DNA from: Candidatus Deferrimicrobiaceae bacterium
Lineage (GTDB): Bacteria; Desulfobacterota; Deferrimicrobia; Deferrimicrobiales; Deferrimicrobiaceae
Direction of reading: 5' to 3'
DNA length: 64,000 bases
Assembly: GCA_963792415.1 (NCBI GenBank)
Contig: CAWBVY010000007.1
Coordinates: 172,286-236,285, forward strand
Shown here: piece after piece, positions 1 through 10,232 of the stretch
How positions within the stretch are numbered: position 1 is the stretch's first letter
How the letters are laid out: each line of letters opens with the position of its first letter
Notes under the pieces: model-generated
Told to the model about the DNA's origin: nothing
Database searches by the model: none
What the model saw: only the letters and a program-made list of their open reading frames with translations
Translations under genes and position numbers: made by a program

Positions 1-135
1 GATTCGGATAAAGGCGCGTGGGGTCACGGCGTCCTCCCGGTGAATGGTGCCGAGTGAGTGCTCAGTCGGTATCGCCCATCGTAGGAGGGGTGTCGCGGTC
101 CTGTCAAGGGTCGTGGCGTTTCGCGATTCGCATCC

Positions 136-189
136 TTGACAACGCGATGCGTCGTTCTATAAATTGACAGGTAATTCATTTTGTGAATT
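136..189 (+). promoter_or_regulatory. sigma70-like promoter (TTGACA-16-TATAAA) followed by palindromic TetR-type operator AATTCA-N5-TGAATT
   Basis: TTGACA at 136-141, TATAAA at 158-163, inverted repeat at 173-189 just upstream of the TetR gene. Confidence 0.5.
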
Positions 190-214
190 TATCGTTCACG
201 TTCGGAGGCCGGCG

Positions 215-838
215 ATGGAAGGCAGGGAGCTCCCGAGGCGGGAAAGGGAGAGGCTGGCGCAACGTCAGGAGATGCTCTCCGCCGCGCTCGGGCTTTTCTC
301 GGAGAAGGGCTTCCGCCACGTTTCCATGCAGGAGATCGCGGAGAAGTCCGAGTTCGCGATCGGTACGCTCTACAAGTTCTTCCGGGGCAAGGAGGACCTC
401 TACAAGGCCCTTATCAGGGAGCAGGTCGATACGTTCGAGGAGGCGCTCAAGCTCGCGATCGGCGGGCCGGACCAGGAGATTGAGAAACTACGCAATTACG
501 TCAAGACCAAGGGCGAGCTCTTCCGTTCCAACGTGTCCATGATCCGTCTCTATTTTGCCGAGACCCAGGGAGCGAGCTTCAACATCAAGGCGGGACTCGA
601 TTCCGAGCTCCGGGAACGGTACGCGAATTTCTTGATAATACTTGCCTCGGTATTTGAGAGCGGGATGAAAAGGAAACGGTTCCGGAAGATCGCCGACCCG
701 CACTCTCTGGCCGTAGCCCTCGATAGCATCACCAACGCCTTTCTTCTTTTGTGGCTTGAAGAGCCCGGGCGCCATCCTTTCCCGGAAGACCCCGACGATA
801 TCTTGAACCTTCTCTTCAAGGGACTGCTGGAGCCGTGA
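215..838 (+). CDS. TetR/AcrR family transcriptional regulator
   Basis: N-terminal HTH (LFSEKGFRHVSMQEIAEKSEFAIGTLYKFF); ATG at 215 after GGAGG; precedes an RND operon. Confidence 0.9.
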   Translation: MEGRELPRRERERLAQRQEMLSAALGLFSEKGFRHVSMQEIAEKSEFAIGTLYKFFRGKEDLYKALIREQVDTFEEALKLAIGGPDQEIEKLRNYVKTKGELFRSNVSMIRLYFAETQGASFNIKAGLDSELRERYANFLIILASVFESGMKRKRFRKIADPHSLAVALDSITNAFLLLWLEEPGRHPFPEDPDDILNLLFKGLLEP

Positions 839-899
839 GCCGGACAGGAGGTTTGCCGATGTATCGCAGGAACCTCAATGGGCATTTCGGAGGCCTCGA

Positions 900-2069
900 A
901 TGAAACGGAAGGGAATCTGTAAAGATCCACTGAAATTCCTCGCGTTGGCAATGGTTCTGTCGGTCGGCCTTTCGTCGGGAGGCTGCGGCGGCCAGAAACA
1001 ATCCCCGCCGCCTCCCGGTGTCCCGGAAGTGGCGGTGGTGACGGTCCGCCCGGAACCGGTCGAGCTGATCACGGAATTGCCGGGGCGTACGTCCGCTTAC
1101 CGCGTCGCGGAGATCCGGCCACAGGTCAACGGCCTTATCCAGAAACGTCTGTTCAGGGAAGGTTCCGACGTCAATGCCGCCCAGGTGCTCTACCAGATCG
1201 ATCCGGCCCCCTATCAATCGGCGCTCACGAACGCCGAGGCCGCCCTTTCCAGGGCGGAAGCCAATCTGCCGGCGATCCGGTCGAGGATGGAACGGTACAA
1301 GGACCTGATTTCCGACAAGGCGGTCAGCCAGCAGGATTACGACGACGTCGCGGCGGCCGTGAAGCAGGCCGAGGCCGAGGTCGAGTCCTGGAAGGCGGCG
1401 GTGGAGACCGCCCGCATCAACCTGGCGTATACCCGGGTCACCGCGCCGATATTCGGCCGCATCGGCCGATCCGCCGTGACGGAAGGCGCCCTGGCGACGG
1501 CCCACCAGCCCCTGGCCCTGGCGACCATCCAGCAGCTCGATCCCATCTATGTGGACGTCCCCCAATCCACCGCCGAGCTGCTGCGATTGAAGGTCCGCCT
1601 GAAGGCCGGCCATCTCGATCGGAGCGGAAAGGAACAGAAGAAGGTCCGACTCCTTCTGGAGGACGGCACGACGTATCCGGAGGAAGGGACGCTCGAGTTC
1701 CAGGACGTCACGGTGGACCCGACGACCGGATCCGTCATCCTGCGGGCCGTTTTTCCGAATCCGCAAGGAGTTCTCCTGCCCGGCATGTTCGCGCGGGCGG
1801 TGGTGAAGGAAGGCGTGAACCGGCAGGCCATCCTGATCCCCCAGCAGTCCGTGTCGCGCGATCGGAAGGGGGATCCGTCCGTCCTGATCGTGGATGCCGG
1901 TGGGACGGTGCAGCCCCGGATGATCGAAATCGATCGGGCCATCGGCGACAAATGGCTCGTCTCGTCGGGTCTTTCCGCCGGCGATCGGGTGATCGTGGAG
2001 GGACTGCAGAGGGCGCGCCCCGGCGCTTCCGTGAAGATCGTTCCTTTCGAAGCCGCGAAACCGAAGTAA
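900..2069 (+). CDS. acrA: RND efflux periplasmic adaptor (AcrA/MexA family lipoprotein)
   Basis: ELPGRTSAYRVAEIRPQVNG, VDPTTGSVILRAVFPNP motifs; lipobox-like SGGC. Confidence 0.93.
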   Translation: MKRKGICKDPLKFLALAMVLSVGLSSGGCGGQKQSPPPPGVPEVAVVTVRPEPVELITELPGRTSAYRVAEIRPQVNGLIQKRLFREGSDVNAAQVLYQIDPAPYQSALTNAEAALSRAEANLPAIRSRMERYKDLISDKAVSQQDYDDVAAAVKQAEAEVESWKAAVETARINLAYTRVTAPIFGRIGRSAVTEGALATAHQPLALATIQQLDPIYVDVPQSTAELLRLKVRLKAGHLDRSGKEQKKVRLLLEDGTTYPEEGTLEFQDVTVDPTTGSVILRAVFPNPQGVLLPGMFARAVVKEGVNRQAILIPQQSVSRDRKGDPSVLIVDAGGTVQPRMIEIDRAIGDKWLVSSGLSAGDRVIVEGLQRARPGASVKIVPFEAAKPK

Positions 2070-2081
2070 CGGAGGAGGCAG

Positions 2082-5000
2082 ATGTTATCGAAATTCTTCC
2101 TGGATCGTCCGGTCTTCGCCTGGGTCATCGCCATCATCATGATGGTCGCGGGCGGGCTGGCGATCTACAATCTGCCGATATCGCAGTATCCCCCCATCGC
2201 CCCGCCGTCCATCGCCATCGACTCCTTCTACCCGGGCGCCTCGGCGGAGACCGTCGAAGACAGCGTGACGCAGATCATCGAGCAGAAGATGACCGGCTTC
2301 GACGACATGCTGTATCTCTCCGGCACGAGCGATTCGGCCGGCGCCTCCCGCGTCGAATTGACCTTCAAGGCGGGCACCAATCCGGACCTGGCCTGGGCCA
2401 AGGTGCAGAACAAGCTCCAGCTCGCCATGGCCAGCCTCCCGGACGTGGTCCAGCGCTCGGGGGTCATGGTCAGCAAATCGACGAGGAATTACCTGATCAT
2501 CGTGGGCCTGATCTCGGAAGACGGCAGCATGGACGGGAACGACCTCCGGGACTATTCCCAGTCGAACCTGGAAAAAGTGATGGCGCGCGTTCCCGGGGTC
2601 GGGGAGGTCGTGAATTTCGGTTCGCAGTATTCGATGCGCGTCTGGCTGAACCCCGACAGGCTCACCGATTACAAGCTGACCGTGAACGACGTGCTGCAGG
2701 CGCTGCGCGCCTACAACGTGGAGGTCTCCGCCGGCCAGTTCGGCGGGACGCCGGCGGTGAAAGGCCAGCGCCTGAACGTTTCGATCATCGTCCAGAACCT
2801 GCTCAAGACCCCGGAGGAGTTCGCCGCCATCCCCGTTCGCACCAATCCGGACGGCTCCGTCGTCCGGGTCAGGGACGTGGGACGGACGGAGCTGGGGACC
2901 GAGTTCTACGATGTCCAGGCTTTCTACAACGGCAAACCGGCGGCGGCGATGGCCATCCGTCAGGCGCCCGGCGCCAACGCGCTGGACACCGCCAACGCCG
3001 TCAGGAAGAAAATGGAGGAGATGAGCCGCTACTTCCCGCGGGGGATGAAGGTCGTCTATCCCTACGACACGACGCCTTTCGTCCGGGTGGCCATCAACGA
3101 GGTGGTCAAGACCCTGTTCGAGGCGATCCTCCTGGTCTTCCTGGTCATGTACCTCTTCATGGGAAACATCCGGGCAACGCTGATCCCGACCATCGCCGTC
3201 CCGGTGGTCCTCCTGGGCACCTTCGCCGTGCTGGGCCTGTTCGGGTTTTCCATCAACATGCTGACCATGTTCGCCATGGTGCTGGCCATCGGCCTGTTGG
3301 TCGACGACGCGATCGTGGTGGTGGAGAACGTGGAACGGATCATGAGCGAGGAGGGGCTTTCTCCCCGGGAAGCCACCGCGAAGTCGATGGAGCAGATCAC
3401 CAGCGCCCTGATCGGAATCGGGCTCGTGCTCTCGGCCGTCTTCGGCCCGATGGCCTTCTTCGGCGGTTCGACCGGCGTCATTTACCGCCAGTTTTCCGTC
3501 ACCATCATCGCCTCCATGCTCCTGTCGGTGGTGGTGGCGTTGATCCTCACACCGGTCCTGTGCGCCTCGCTCCTGAAGCCGGTCCCCAAGGGACACGAGG
3601 CGGCGGAAACCGGACTTCCCTTTCTGCGCCCGTTCTTTCGCGGGTTCGACCGCGTCTTTTTCGGGATCCGGGACCGGTACGTGGGAGTGGTCCGGCACTC
3701 CCTTTCCAGGAAAGCGGGCTACCTGGCGGTTTACCTTCTGCTCGTCGGCGTGGTCGGCTTCCTGCTGCTGCGGTTGCCCACCGCCTACCTTCCCGATGAG
3801 GATCAGGGGATCCTTCTCTCCCAGATCCTCATGCCGACCGGCAGCACGCTGGATCAGACGCAGGCGGTCGCGGATGAAGTCCAGCGCCACTTTCAGGAGA
3901 ACGAAAAAAAGTCGGTGCAATCCATTCTGACGATTTCCGGCATCGGATTCTCCGGGAGGGCGCAGAACAACGGCATGGTGTTCGCCATGATGAAGGACTG
4001 GAAATTGCGCGAGCGGCCGGGCCTGAAGGCGCAGGCCGTTGCCGGAAGGGTCATGGCGGCTTTTTCGGGGTACCGCAAGGCGATGGTCTTCGCCTTCCCG
4101 CCGCCCGCGGTCGTGGAGCTGGGGAACGCCCGGGGGATCGATTTCCAGTTGATGGATCGCGGGGGGCTCGGTCACGCCGCACTGATGAACGCCCGCAACC
4201 AGCTTCTCGGCATGGCGGCGAAGGACCCGAGGTTGACGAAGGTCCGGCCCAACGGCATGGAGGACGTCCCCGAATACCGTGTCGACGTGGACTGGGAGAA
4301 GGCGGGCGCCCTCGGGGTGCCCATCGCCTCCATTCACGAAACGATCGGGGCGGCCTTCGGCAGTTCCTACGTCAACGACTTCATCCAGGCAGGGCGCGTC
4401 AAGCGGGTGTACCTCCAGGCCGATGCCCCGTACCGCATGCTGCCGAAGGACCTGGAGAAACTCTACGTGCGGAGTGCGGCGGGGACGATGGTGCCCTTCG
4501 CCTCGTTCGCATCCACCCGCTGGACGACCGGTTCCCCCCGGCTGGAGCGTTTCAACGGGTTCCCGTCGATGAGCATCTGGGGCGAGCCGGCGCCGGGCAG
4601 GAGTTCCGGCGAGGCGATGCGGGCCATGGAAGAGATCACCGCGAAGCTGCCCAAGGGGATCGGCTTCGACTGGAACGGGCTTTCCTACCAGGAGCGGATG
4701 ACGACGGCCCAGGGGCCGATCCTTTACGCCTTCTCCATCCTGGTGATCTTCCTTTGCGTGGCGGCCTTGTACGAAAGCTGGACCATCCCCTTCGTCAACC
4801 TGCTGATGCTGCCGCTGGGGGTGTTCGGGGCGGTGCTGGCGACCACTTCGCGGGGATTTCCCAACGATGTCTATTTCCAGATCGGATTCCTGACGACGCT
4901 GGGGCTTTCGACGAAGAACGCCATCCTGATCATCCAGTTCATCAAGGAGCAGCTGCGGCACGGGGCGGAGCTGACCGAGGCCACGCTCGCGGCGGTCAAA

Positions 5001-5243
5001 ATACGTTTCCGCCCGGTCATCATGACGTCGCTGGCGTTTTTCTTCGGCACGCTGCCGCTGGCAATCGCCGCCGGCGCCGGCGCCGGCGCCATGAACGCCA
5101 TCGGGACCGCGGTCACCGGAGGGATGCTCTCGGCCACGTTCATCGACCTGATCTTCATCCCGTTGTTCTTCGTCGTCATCTCCCGGCTGTTCGCGAAAAA
5201 GCAGCCCGGGCCCGCTTCCACCGATGCCCCGGAGGTGGGCTGA
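2082..5243 (+). CDS. acrB: RND efflux permease, HAE1 family (AcrB/MexB)
   Basis: FFLDRPVFAWVIAI start, GLLVDDAIVVVENVER, KNAILI, RFRPVIMTSLAF. Confidence 0.95.
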   Translation: MLSKFFLDRPVFAWVIAIIMMVAGGLAIYNLPISQYPPIAPPSIAIDSFYPGASAETVEDSVTQIIEQKMTGFDDMLYLSGTSDSAGASRVELTFKAGTNPDLAWAKVQNKLQLAMASLPDVVQRSGVMVSKSTRNYLIIVGLISEDGSMDGNDLRDYSQSNLEKVMARVPGVGEVVNFGSQYSMRVWLNPDRLTDYKLTVNDVLQALRAYNVEVSAGQFGGTPAVKGQRLNVSIIVQNLLKTPEEFAAIPVRTNPDGSVVRVRDVGRTELGTEFYDVQAFYNGKPAAAMAIRQAPGANALDTANAVRKKMEEMSRYFPRGMKVVYPYDTTPFVRVAINEVVKTLFEAILLVFLVMYLFMGNIRATLIPTIAVPVVLLGTFAVLGLFGFSINMLTMFAMVLAIGLLVDDAIVVVENVERIMSEEGLSPREATAKSMEQITSALIGIGLVLSAVFGPMAFFGGSTGVIYRQFSVTIIASMLLSVVVALILTPVLCASLLKPVPKGHEAAETGLPFLRPFFRGFDRVFFGIRDRYVGVVRHSLSRKAGYLAVYLLLVGVVGFLLLRLPTAYLPDEDQGILLSQILMPTGSTLDQTQAVADEVQRHFQENEKKSVQSILTISGIGFSGRAQNNGMVFAMMKDWKLRERPGLKAQAVAGRVMAAFSGYRKAMVFAFPPPAVVELGNARGIDFQLMDRGGLGHAALMNARNQLLGMAAKDPRLTKVRPNGMEDVPEYRVDVDWEKAGALGVPIASIHETIGAAFGSSYVNDFIQAGRVKRVYLQADAPYRMLPKDLEKLYVRSAAGTMVPFASFASTRWTTGSPRLERFNGFPSMSIWGEPAPGRSSGEAMRAMEEITAKLPKGIGFDWNGLSYQERMTTAQGPILYAFSILVIFLCVAALYESWTIPFVNLLMLPLGVFGAVLATTSRGFPNDVYFQIGFLTTLGLSTKNAILIIQFIKEQLRHGAELTEATLAAVKIRFRPVIMTSLAFFFGTLPLAIAAGAGAGAMNAIGTAVTGGMLSATFIDLIFIPLFFVVISRLFAKKQPGPASTDAPEVG

Positions 5244-5244
5244 C

Positions 5245-6675
5245 ATGCGAAGGATGAAGACGGTCCTGTTCCTCTCTCTGGGAGGGTTTCTCTTTCTCTG
5301 CGGTTGCTCCATGACCCCGGAATACATGCGCCCTGAAGCCCCGGTCCCCGCCGCCTGGCCGACCGGCGCCGCATACGATAACGCGCAGGCCTCGCCCGGA
5401 ACGCCGGCGGCGGTCGAGGTCCCTTGGCGGGAATATTTCACCGACGACCGGCTCCGGAAGGTCATCGAAACGGCGTTGTGGAACAACCGCGACCTTCGGG
5501 TCGCCGCCCTGAACGTCGAAAGGGCGCGCGCGGTGTACGGCATCGCGCGCGCCGACCTCTTGCCGACGATCGAAGCAACGGGCCGGGGGGGCAGGCAGGG
5601 CGTGCCCGCCGATCTTTCGCTCTTCGGTACCTCGGGGACTGTCTCGGAATACAACGTCAATCTCGGGATCAGCTCGTGGGAAATCGATTTCTTCGGCCGC
5701 ATCCGCAGCCTGAAGGACAAGGCGCTCGAGGAGTACTTCGCCACCGAGCAGGCGCGCCGCGGCGCGCAGATCCTCCTGGTGTCCGGGGTCGCCAATGCGT
5801 ACCTGGCCTTCGCCGCGGACCGGGAAACCCTCCAGCTGGCCCAATCCACCCTGGATACCCAGCAGGCCGCCTACAATTTGATCCGGAGGCGGTACGACGT
5901 CGGGCTCTCGACCGAACTGGACCTTCGCCAGGCGCAGACGAGAGTGGATGCGGCCAGGGTGGATATCGCCCTCTACTCCCGGTTGGTCGCTCAAGACGAA
6001 AACGCCCTGGACCTTCTGGTCGGATCGAGGGTGCCGGCAGAGCTGTTGCCGGACAACCTGACCCTCGTAACTCCTCCAAGGGAGATTTCTCCCGGAATTT
6101 CGTCCGAGGTGCTCCTTCTCCGGCCGGATATCCTGCAGGCGGAGAGTCTGCTCAAGGCCGCCAACGCCAACATCGGCGCGGCCCGCGCGGCCCTCTTCCC
6201 CCGCATCTCCCTGACGACCGCCTTCGGGACGGCGAGCAGCGAACTGTCGGGGCTGTTCAAACCCGGTTCGGAAAGCTGGAACTTCTTCCCGCAGATCGTC
6301 GTTCCGATCTTCGACGCCCGCGCATGGTCGGCGCTGGATGCGATCAAGGTGGAACAGGAAATCGCCGTGGCCCAGTACGAGAAAGCCATCCAGACGGCCT
6401 TCAGGGAAGTGGCCGATGGCCTTGCCGTGCGGGGCACGGTGGAGGACCAGTTGTCGGCGCAGCGATCCCTGGTCGAAGCGGCATCGGTGACCTATCGTCT
6501 TTCCAACGCGCGTTACACAAAGGGGATCGACAGCTTCCTGGGCGTCCTCGACGCGCAGCGCTCGCTCTACGCGGCGCAGCAGGGGCTGATCTCCGTCCGC
6601 CTGACGAGGTTCGCCAACCAGGTGAGGCTTTACGCGGTATTGGGCGGAGGGGGCGACCCGGCCGTGCCGCGATGA
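5245..6675 (+). CDS. oprM: RND outer membrane factor lipoprotein (OprM/NodT family)
   Basis: Lipobox LCGC, SWEIDFFGRIRS, ANANIGAARAALFPRISLT; start could be 5245 or 5254. Confidence 0.9.
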   Translation: MRRMKTVLFLSLGGFLFLCGCSMTPEYMRPEAPVPAAWPTGAAYDNAQASPGTPAAVEVPWREYFTDDRLRKVIETALWNNRDLRVAALNVERARAVYGIARADLLPTIEATGRGGRQGVPADLSLFGTSGTVSEYNVNLGISSWEIDFFGRIRSLKDKALEEYFATEQARRGAQILLVSGVANAYLAFAADRETLQLAQSTLDTQQAAYNLIRRRYDVGLSTELDLRQAQTRVDAARVDIALYSRLVAQDENALDLLVGSRVPAELLPDNLTLVTPPREISPGISSEVLLLRPDILQAESLLKAANANIGAARAALFPRISLTTAFGTASSELSGLFKPGSESWNFFPQIVVPIFDARAWSALDAIKVEQEIAVAQYEKAIQTAFREVADGLAVRGTVEDQLSAQRSLVEAASVTYRLSNARYTKGIDSFLGVLDAQRSLYAAQQGLISVRLTRFANQVRLYAVLGGGGDPAVPR

Positions 6676-6688
6676 CCTTTCCGGGGAG

Positions 6689-7987
6689 TTACCTGTCGAA
6701 CCCGTCGTAGCCCCGGCCGGTCTCCGACACCGAGGTTTCGATGCTCAGGAGCTTCGGCCCCTGCTTGATCCGGAAGTGGCCGTCCACCGTCTCCCAGATC
6801 CAGCCGGAGTAGCCGTAGCCCCCCACCGCCTTGACCACGAAGGCCCCTTTCCACGAATCGGTCCTCGTCCGGTTGAGCGCGACCGTGCCGAACTTCCCGA
6901 AGGTGTAGGCCGGCACCGGGTGGCAGTACGGTTCGCCCGCGAGCTCGCCGGCCGCCTCTTCCGCCTCCTTTCCGCCGAAAAGGGCGGCCCGCAGCCCATA
7001 CTTGTGTCCCTTCGCCCGCCGGACGACCTCCTCCTTCGTGTCGAAGGGCGTGGTGAAGGCCACGGGGCCGAAGACCTCCTCGCGCATGCCGGACATGACG
7101 TCCGTGGCGTCCCGCACGACGGTGGGGTGGATCAGGTTCCCCTCGATCGTTCCGCCGTAGACGACCCTTGCCCCCATCGCCACCGCTTCCTTGAGCTGCT
7201 CCCGGATCCGGGCAACGGCCAGGCGGCTCGCCACCGGCGAGATCTCCGTCCGCGGGTCTTCCGGGGGGCCGACCACGAGCCGGGCGGTCCGTTCAACGAA
7301 CCGTTCCAGGAATTCCCCGTAGATCGAACGGTGGATGAAGATCCGCTTCGGAGCGGTGCAGGTCTGGCCGGAATACATGAATTTCGCCGTGACCAGGTCG
7401 GAGAGGGCGAGATCGAGGTCGGCATCGGGGAAGACGATGAAGGGATCCTGCCCCGCCCCCTCGAAGACCATCTTTTTCCCCGCCTCCCGGAAGGCCGACT
7501 CGTACGCCAGGAAATTGACGTCCGACCCGAAGACGACCACCGCGGAGACGGCGGGGTCCTTGAGCGCCTCTTCCAGGACCTTCTTCCCGCTTTCCCGGGA
7601 AAAGTGGACGTCGTCGCCGAAGATGGGCTTGTAGATCGACTCGGTGAGGGCGGAAAGGCCGGAGCCCTTCGAGGAGAACTTGACGCTCACGCGGTTTCCC
7701 ACCATGTAGATCGAGGTGATCGCGGTGTTGAGCCAGGCGCTGCCGTTATAGGAGAGCATGAGGGCGACGGTCGATCCTTCCCCGCCCAGAGGTCTCCTGC
7801 CCTCGAGCAGGGGCCTGGCCTCGGCGTACATCTTCAGGCGGTCGAGGGAGGTGTCCACCTCCAGTGCGGTGTCCCTTCTGGTGAACTGGATGTCCTTGAC
7901 CGCCCGCTTGAGGAACTCTTCCCTGTGCGCCCGGATGCTGTCGCCCAGGTCGAGGACCTTCCGGAACCGTTCGTCGTACGGTGTCAC
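6689..7987 (-). CDS. Atypical, short aldehyde dehydrogenase family protein (432 aa)
   Basis: VFEGAGQDPFIV (ELGGK equivalent), catalytic GQTC, REEVFGPV; GTG start overlaps the MFS stop (GTGA). Confidence 0.8.
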   Translation of the reverse strand: MTPYDERFRKVLDLGDSIRAHREEFLKRAVKDIQFTRRDTALEVDTSLDRLKMYAEARPLLEGRRPLGGEGSTVALMLSYNGSAWLNTAITSIYMVGNRVSVKFSSKGSGLSALTESIYKPIFGDDVHFSRESGKKVLEEALKDPAVSAVVVFGSDVNFLAYESAFREAGKKMVFEGAGQDPFIVFPDADLDLALSDLVTAKFMYSGQTCTAPKRIFIHRSIYGEFLERFVERTARLVVGPPEDPRTEISPVASRLAVARIREQLKEAVAMGARVVYGGTIEGNLIHPTVVRDATDVMSGMREEVFGPVAFTTPFDTKEEVVRRAKGHKYGLRAALFGGKEAEEAAGELAGEPYCHPVPAYTFGKFGTVALNRTRTDSWKGAFVVKAVGGYGYSGWIWETVDGHFRIKQGPKLLSIETSVSETGRGYDGFDR

Positions 7988-9156
7988 GGGTTCCCCCCCC
8001 CGCCCTTCCACGGCAGCGGCAGGAGCAGGGCGAGCAGGACGCCGATCACGGGGAGAATGTTGATCGCGTTCGTGGCGACCGGGACGCCGTACCGGTCGGC
8101 GACCGCCCCGATCAGGGTGACGCCGATGCCGCCCGTGCCGATCGCAAACCCGGCGATGGCGCCCGAGGCGGTGGCCATCCGCTTCGGGAACAGTTCCTGG
8201 GCCATCACGATCGTGACCGAGAAGGTCGAGACGATCGTCCCGCCCAGGAGCGCGGCCGATGCGAAGACCATCCACCCCGACGACCGCAGGAACAGGAAGA
8301 TCAGCGGGATCTGCAGGACGACGGAGAAGAAGAGGAGCCGGCGGTGCCCGAACCGGTCCGCCAGCGGCCCCCCGATCACCGTGCCCACGGTGCCCGAGCC
8401 GAGGAAGAAGAAGAGGAGGGTCGCCACGTACGCGGGGTCGCTCTTCAACTGCTCCTGATAGATGAAGGGGATGTAGGTGGCGAGCCCCAGTTGCGTCCAT
8501 GAGCGCAGTACCACGATCAGGATGATGAGCGACACGGCGTAGAGGGGGTGCTCGACGTCGCTCATCGCGCCCTTCCGCGGGGCGGTGGAGGCCGAATCGA
8601 TCCGGCTCCGGATGGTGGGCATGGCGGGGAGGAGCAGGAGCGCCGCCAGCGCGGTAGGGATCAGCAGGCCGGACGCCCCCGGGAGACCGTACCGGGAGAC
8701 GAGGAAGATCGCGGCGGGCGAGCCGATGGCCCACCCGAGGTTCCCCCCGACGGAAAAGAAGGACATCCCCGTAGCCCGGCGCCGGGACGTGATGCAGGCG
8801 GTCGCCTTGAACCCTTCCGGATGGAACGCCGCGGTGCCGAGCCCCATGAACAAGATGAACGCCACCAGCCAGGCGAACGACGGGGAGAACGGGACCAGCG
8901 CGATCCCGACGCCGGAGATCGCGCACCCCAGCGGCAGCAGGATGGGGAAGGGGCGCCGGTCCGTGACGTAGCCGAACAGCGGCTGGATCACGGAAGAGGT
9001 GAGGTGCGCCGCCATCAGCAGCGCTCCCGCGGCGGCGTACGACAGGTCGAACCGCTCCTTGAGGTACGGAAGGAGCGCCGGCAGGGCTCCCTGCACCATG
9101 TCCGTGCACATGTGCCCGAAGGAGAGGATCAGGAGCAGGACGGCGGAGGAGTTCAC
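7984..9156 (-). CDS. MFS transporter (Fsr/fosmidomycin-resistance-like)
   Basis: About 12 hydrophobic segments; SSVIQPLFG, AAFHPEG, GGNLGWAIG, GGPLADRFG motifs. Confidence 0.88.
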   Translation of the reverse strand: MNSSAVLLLILSFGHMCTDMVQGALPALLPYLKERFDLSYAAAGALLMAAHLTSSVIQPLFGYVTDRRPFPILLPLGCAISGVGIALVPFSPSFAWLVAFILFMGLGTAAFHPEGFKATACITSRRRATGMSFFSVGGNLGWAIGSPAAIFLVSRYGLPGASGLLIPTALAALLLLPAMPTIRSRIDSASTAPRKGAMSDVEHPLYAVSLIILIVVLRSWTQLGLATYIPFIYQEQLKSDPAYVATLLFFFLGSGTVGTVIGGPLADRFGHRRLLFFSVVLQIPLIFLFLRSSGWMVFASAALLGGTIVSTFSVTIVMAQELFPKRMATASGAIAGFAIGTGGIGVTLIGAVADRYGVPVATNAINILPVIGVLLALLLPLPWKGGGGNP

Positions 9157-10169
9157 CGGAGCATCCCGTCCGCGATGTCGTCCTTCCCCAGCAGGAGCAT
9201 GACGAGCCGGTCGACCCCCAGCGCGGCGCCGGAGCAGGGGGGGAGCCCGCGCCGCAGCGCGTCGAGGAACCCCGGGTCCGCGGGAAGCGTCTGCCCGGTC
9301 GATCGCCGGTGCCGGTCGATCAGCGCAAGCAGCCGGGCCTCCTGCTCCGCAGGGTCGGTCAGTTCCTCGTACCCGTTGACCAGCTCGACGCCGCCAAGGA
9401 ACCCCTCGAACCGCTCCGACACCTCGGGGCGCCCGGGGCGGCGGCGCGCCATCGCACCGAGGGCCGTCGGGTACCCGGTGAGGAAGCAGGCGCCGCGTTC
9501 AACGATCGCCGGCTCCACCACGTCGAGGCAGGCCCGGTGGAAGAGGTCCTCCCACGGTTCGTCCGCTCCCGGGCACATCCCCTTTCGGTCGAGCGCTTCG
9601 CGCAACCCCTTCCCATCCTCCATGCCGACCCCGAGCAGTTCCCGGAACGCGTCGTCGAGTTCCCAGCGGGGCCACGGCCCGTCGACCGGGATCCTCCTGC
9701 CGCCGCCTTGGACGACCGCCTCGCCGTCGATCGTCCGGGTCAGCGTCCGGACCAGCTCCTCGACGTCCCGCATCACGGCGTCCGCGTCGCCGCCCACCCG
9801 GTACCATTCGAGCAACGTGAACTCGGGGGAGTGGAGGGGCGACCCTTCACGATTCCGGAACACCTTCCCCAGATAGAAGATGTCTCCCGATCCGGCGGCG
9901 AGAAGCTTCTTCATCGAGAGTTCGGGGGAGGTGTGCAGGTAGAACCGCGCCGCCTTGCCGGAGGCGTCGGCGATCCTCACAGGAAAGATGTTCGGGTCGA
10001 TGTTCGGGTACGCCTGCGCGATCGGGGGGTCCACCTCGAGGAACTCCCGCTCCCGGAAGAAGGCCCGGATCCCCTCGAGGACCCGTGCCCGTGCCCGAAG
10101 CGCCTCCCACGGCAGCTCCCCGTCCGCGAGCCGCCGCCACGTCTCCCTCGGTTCTCCCTCCGCGCACAT
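9153..10169 (-). CDS. epmA: EF-P lysine aminoacylase EpmA/GenX (LysRS catalytic-domain paralog)
   Basis: YLHTSPELSMKKLLAAG, FRNREGSPLHSPEFTLLEWYR, ELVNGYEEL, GLPPCSGAALGVDRL; no anticodon-binding domain. Confidence 0.9.
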   Translation of the reverse strand: MCAEGEPRETWRRLADGELPWEALRARARVLEGIRAFFREREFLEVDPPIAQAYPNIDPNIFPVRIADASGKAARFYLHTSPELSMKKLLAAGSGDIFYLGKVFRNREGSPLHSPEFTLLEWYRVGGDADAVMRDVEELVRTLTRTIDGEAVVQGGGRRIPVDGPWPRWELDDAFRELLGVGMEDGKGLREALDRKGMCPGADEPWEDLFHRACLDVVEPAIVERGACFLTGYPTALGAMARRRPGRPEVSERFEGFLGGVELVNGYEELTDPAEQEARLLALIDRHRRSTGQTLPADPGFLDALRRGLPPCSGAALGVDRLVMLLLGKDDIADGMLR

Positions 10170-10232
10170 CCGTACTGTTTACCCTATGATCCGCCTCGCA
10201 GTAAAGCCTCACGACCGATTACGGCAAAGATC

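Noticed and set aside
1-110. Divergent gene start (GTG at 27, minus strand) with promoter and TetR-like operator
   Set aside because: Only nine codons are in the window, too little to call a product
2085-5849. 1254-aa antisense ORF and similar long ORFs (32730-35612, 45570-47918, 12279-14375)
   Set aside because: Shadow frames of real genes in high-GC DNA with no recognisable motifs
6689-9109. 806-aa ORF as a single protein
   Set aside because: Its N-terminal half is an alternative frame of the MFS gene; the ALDH starts at 7987
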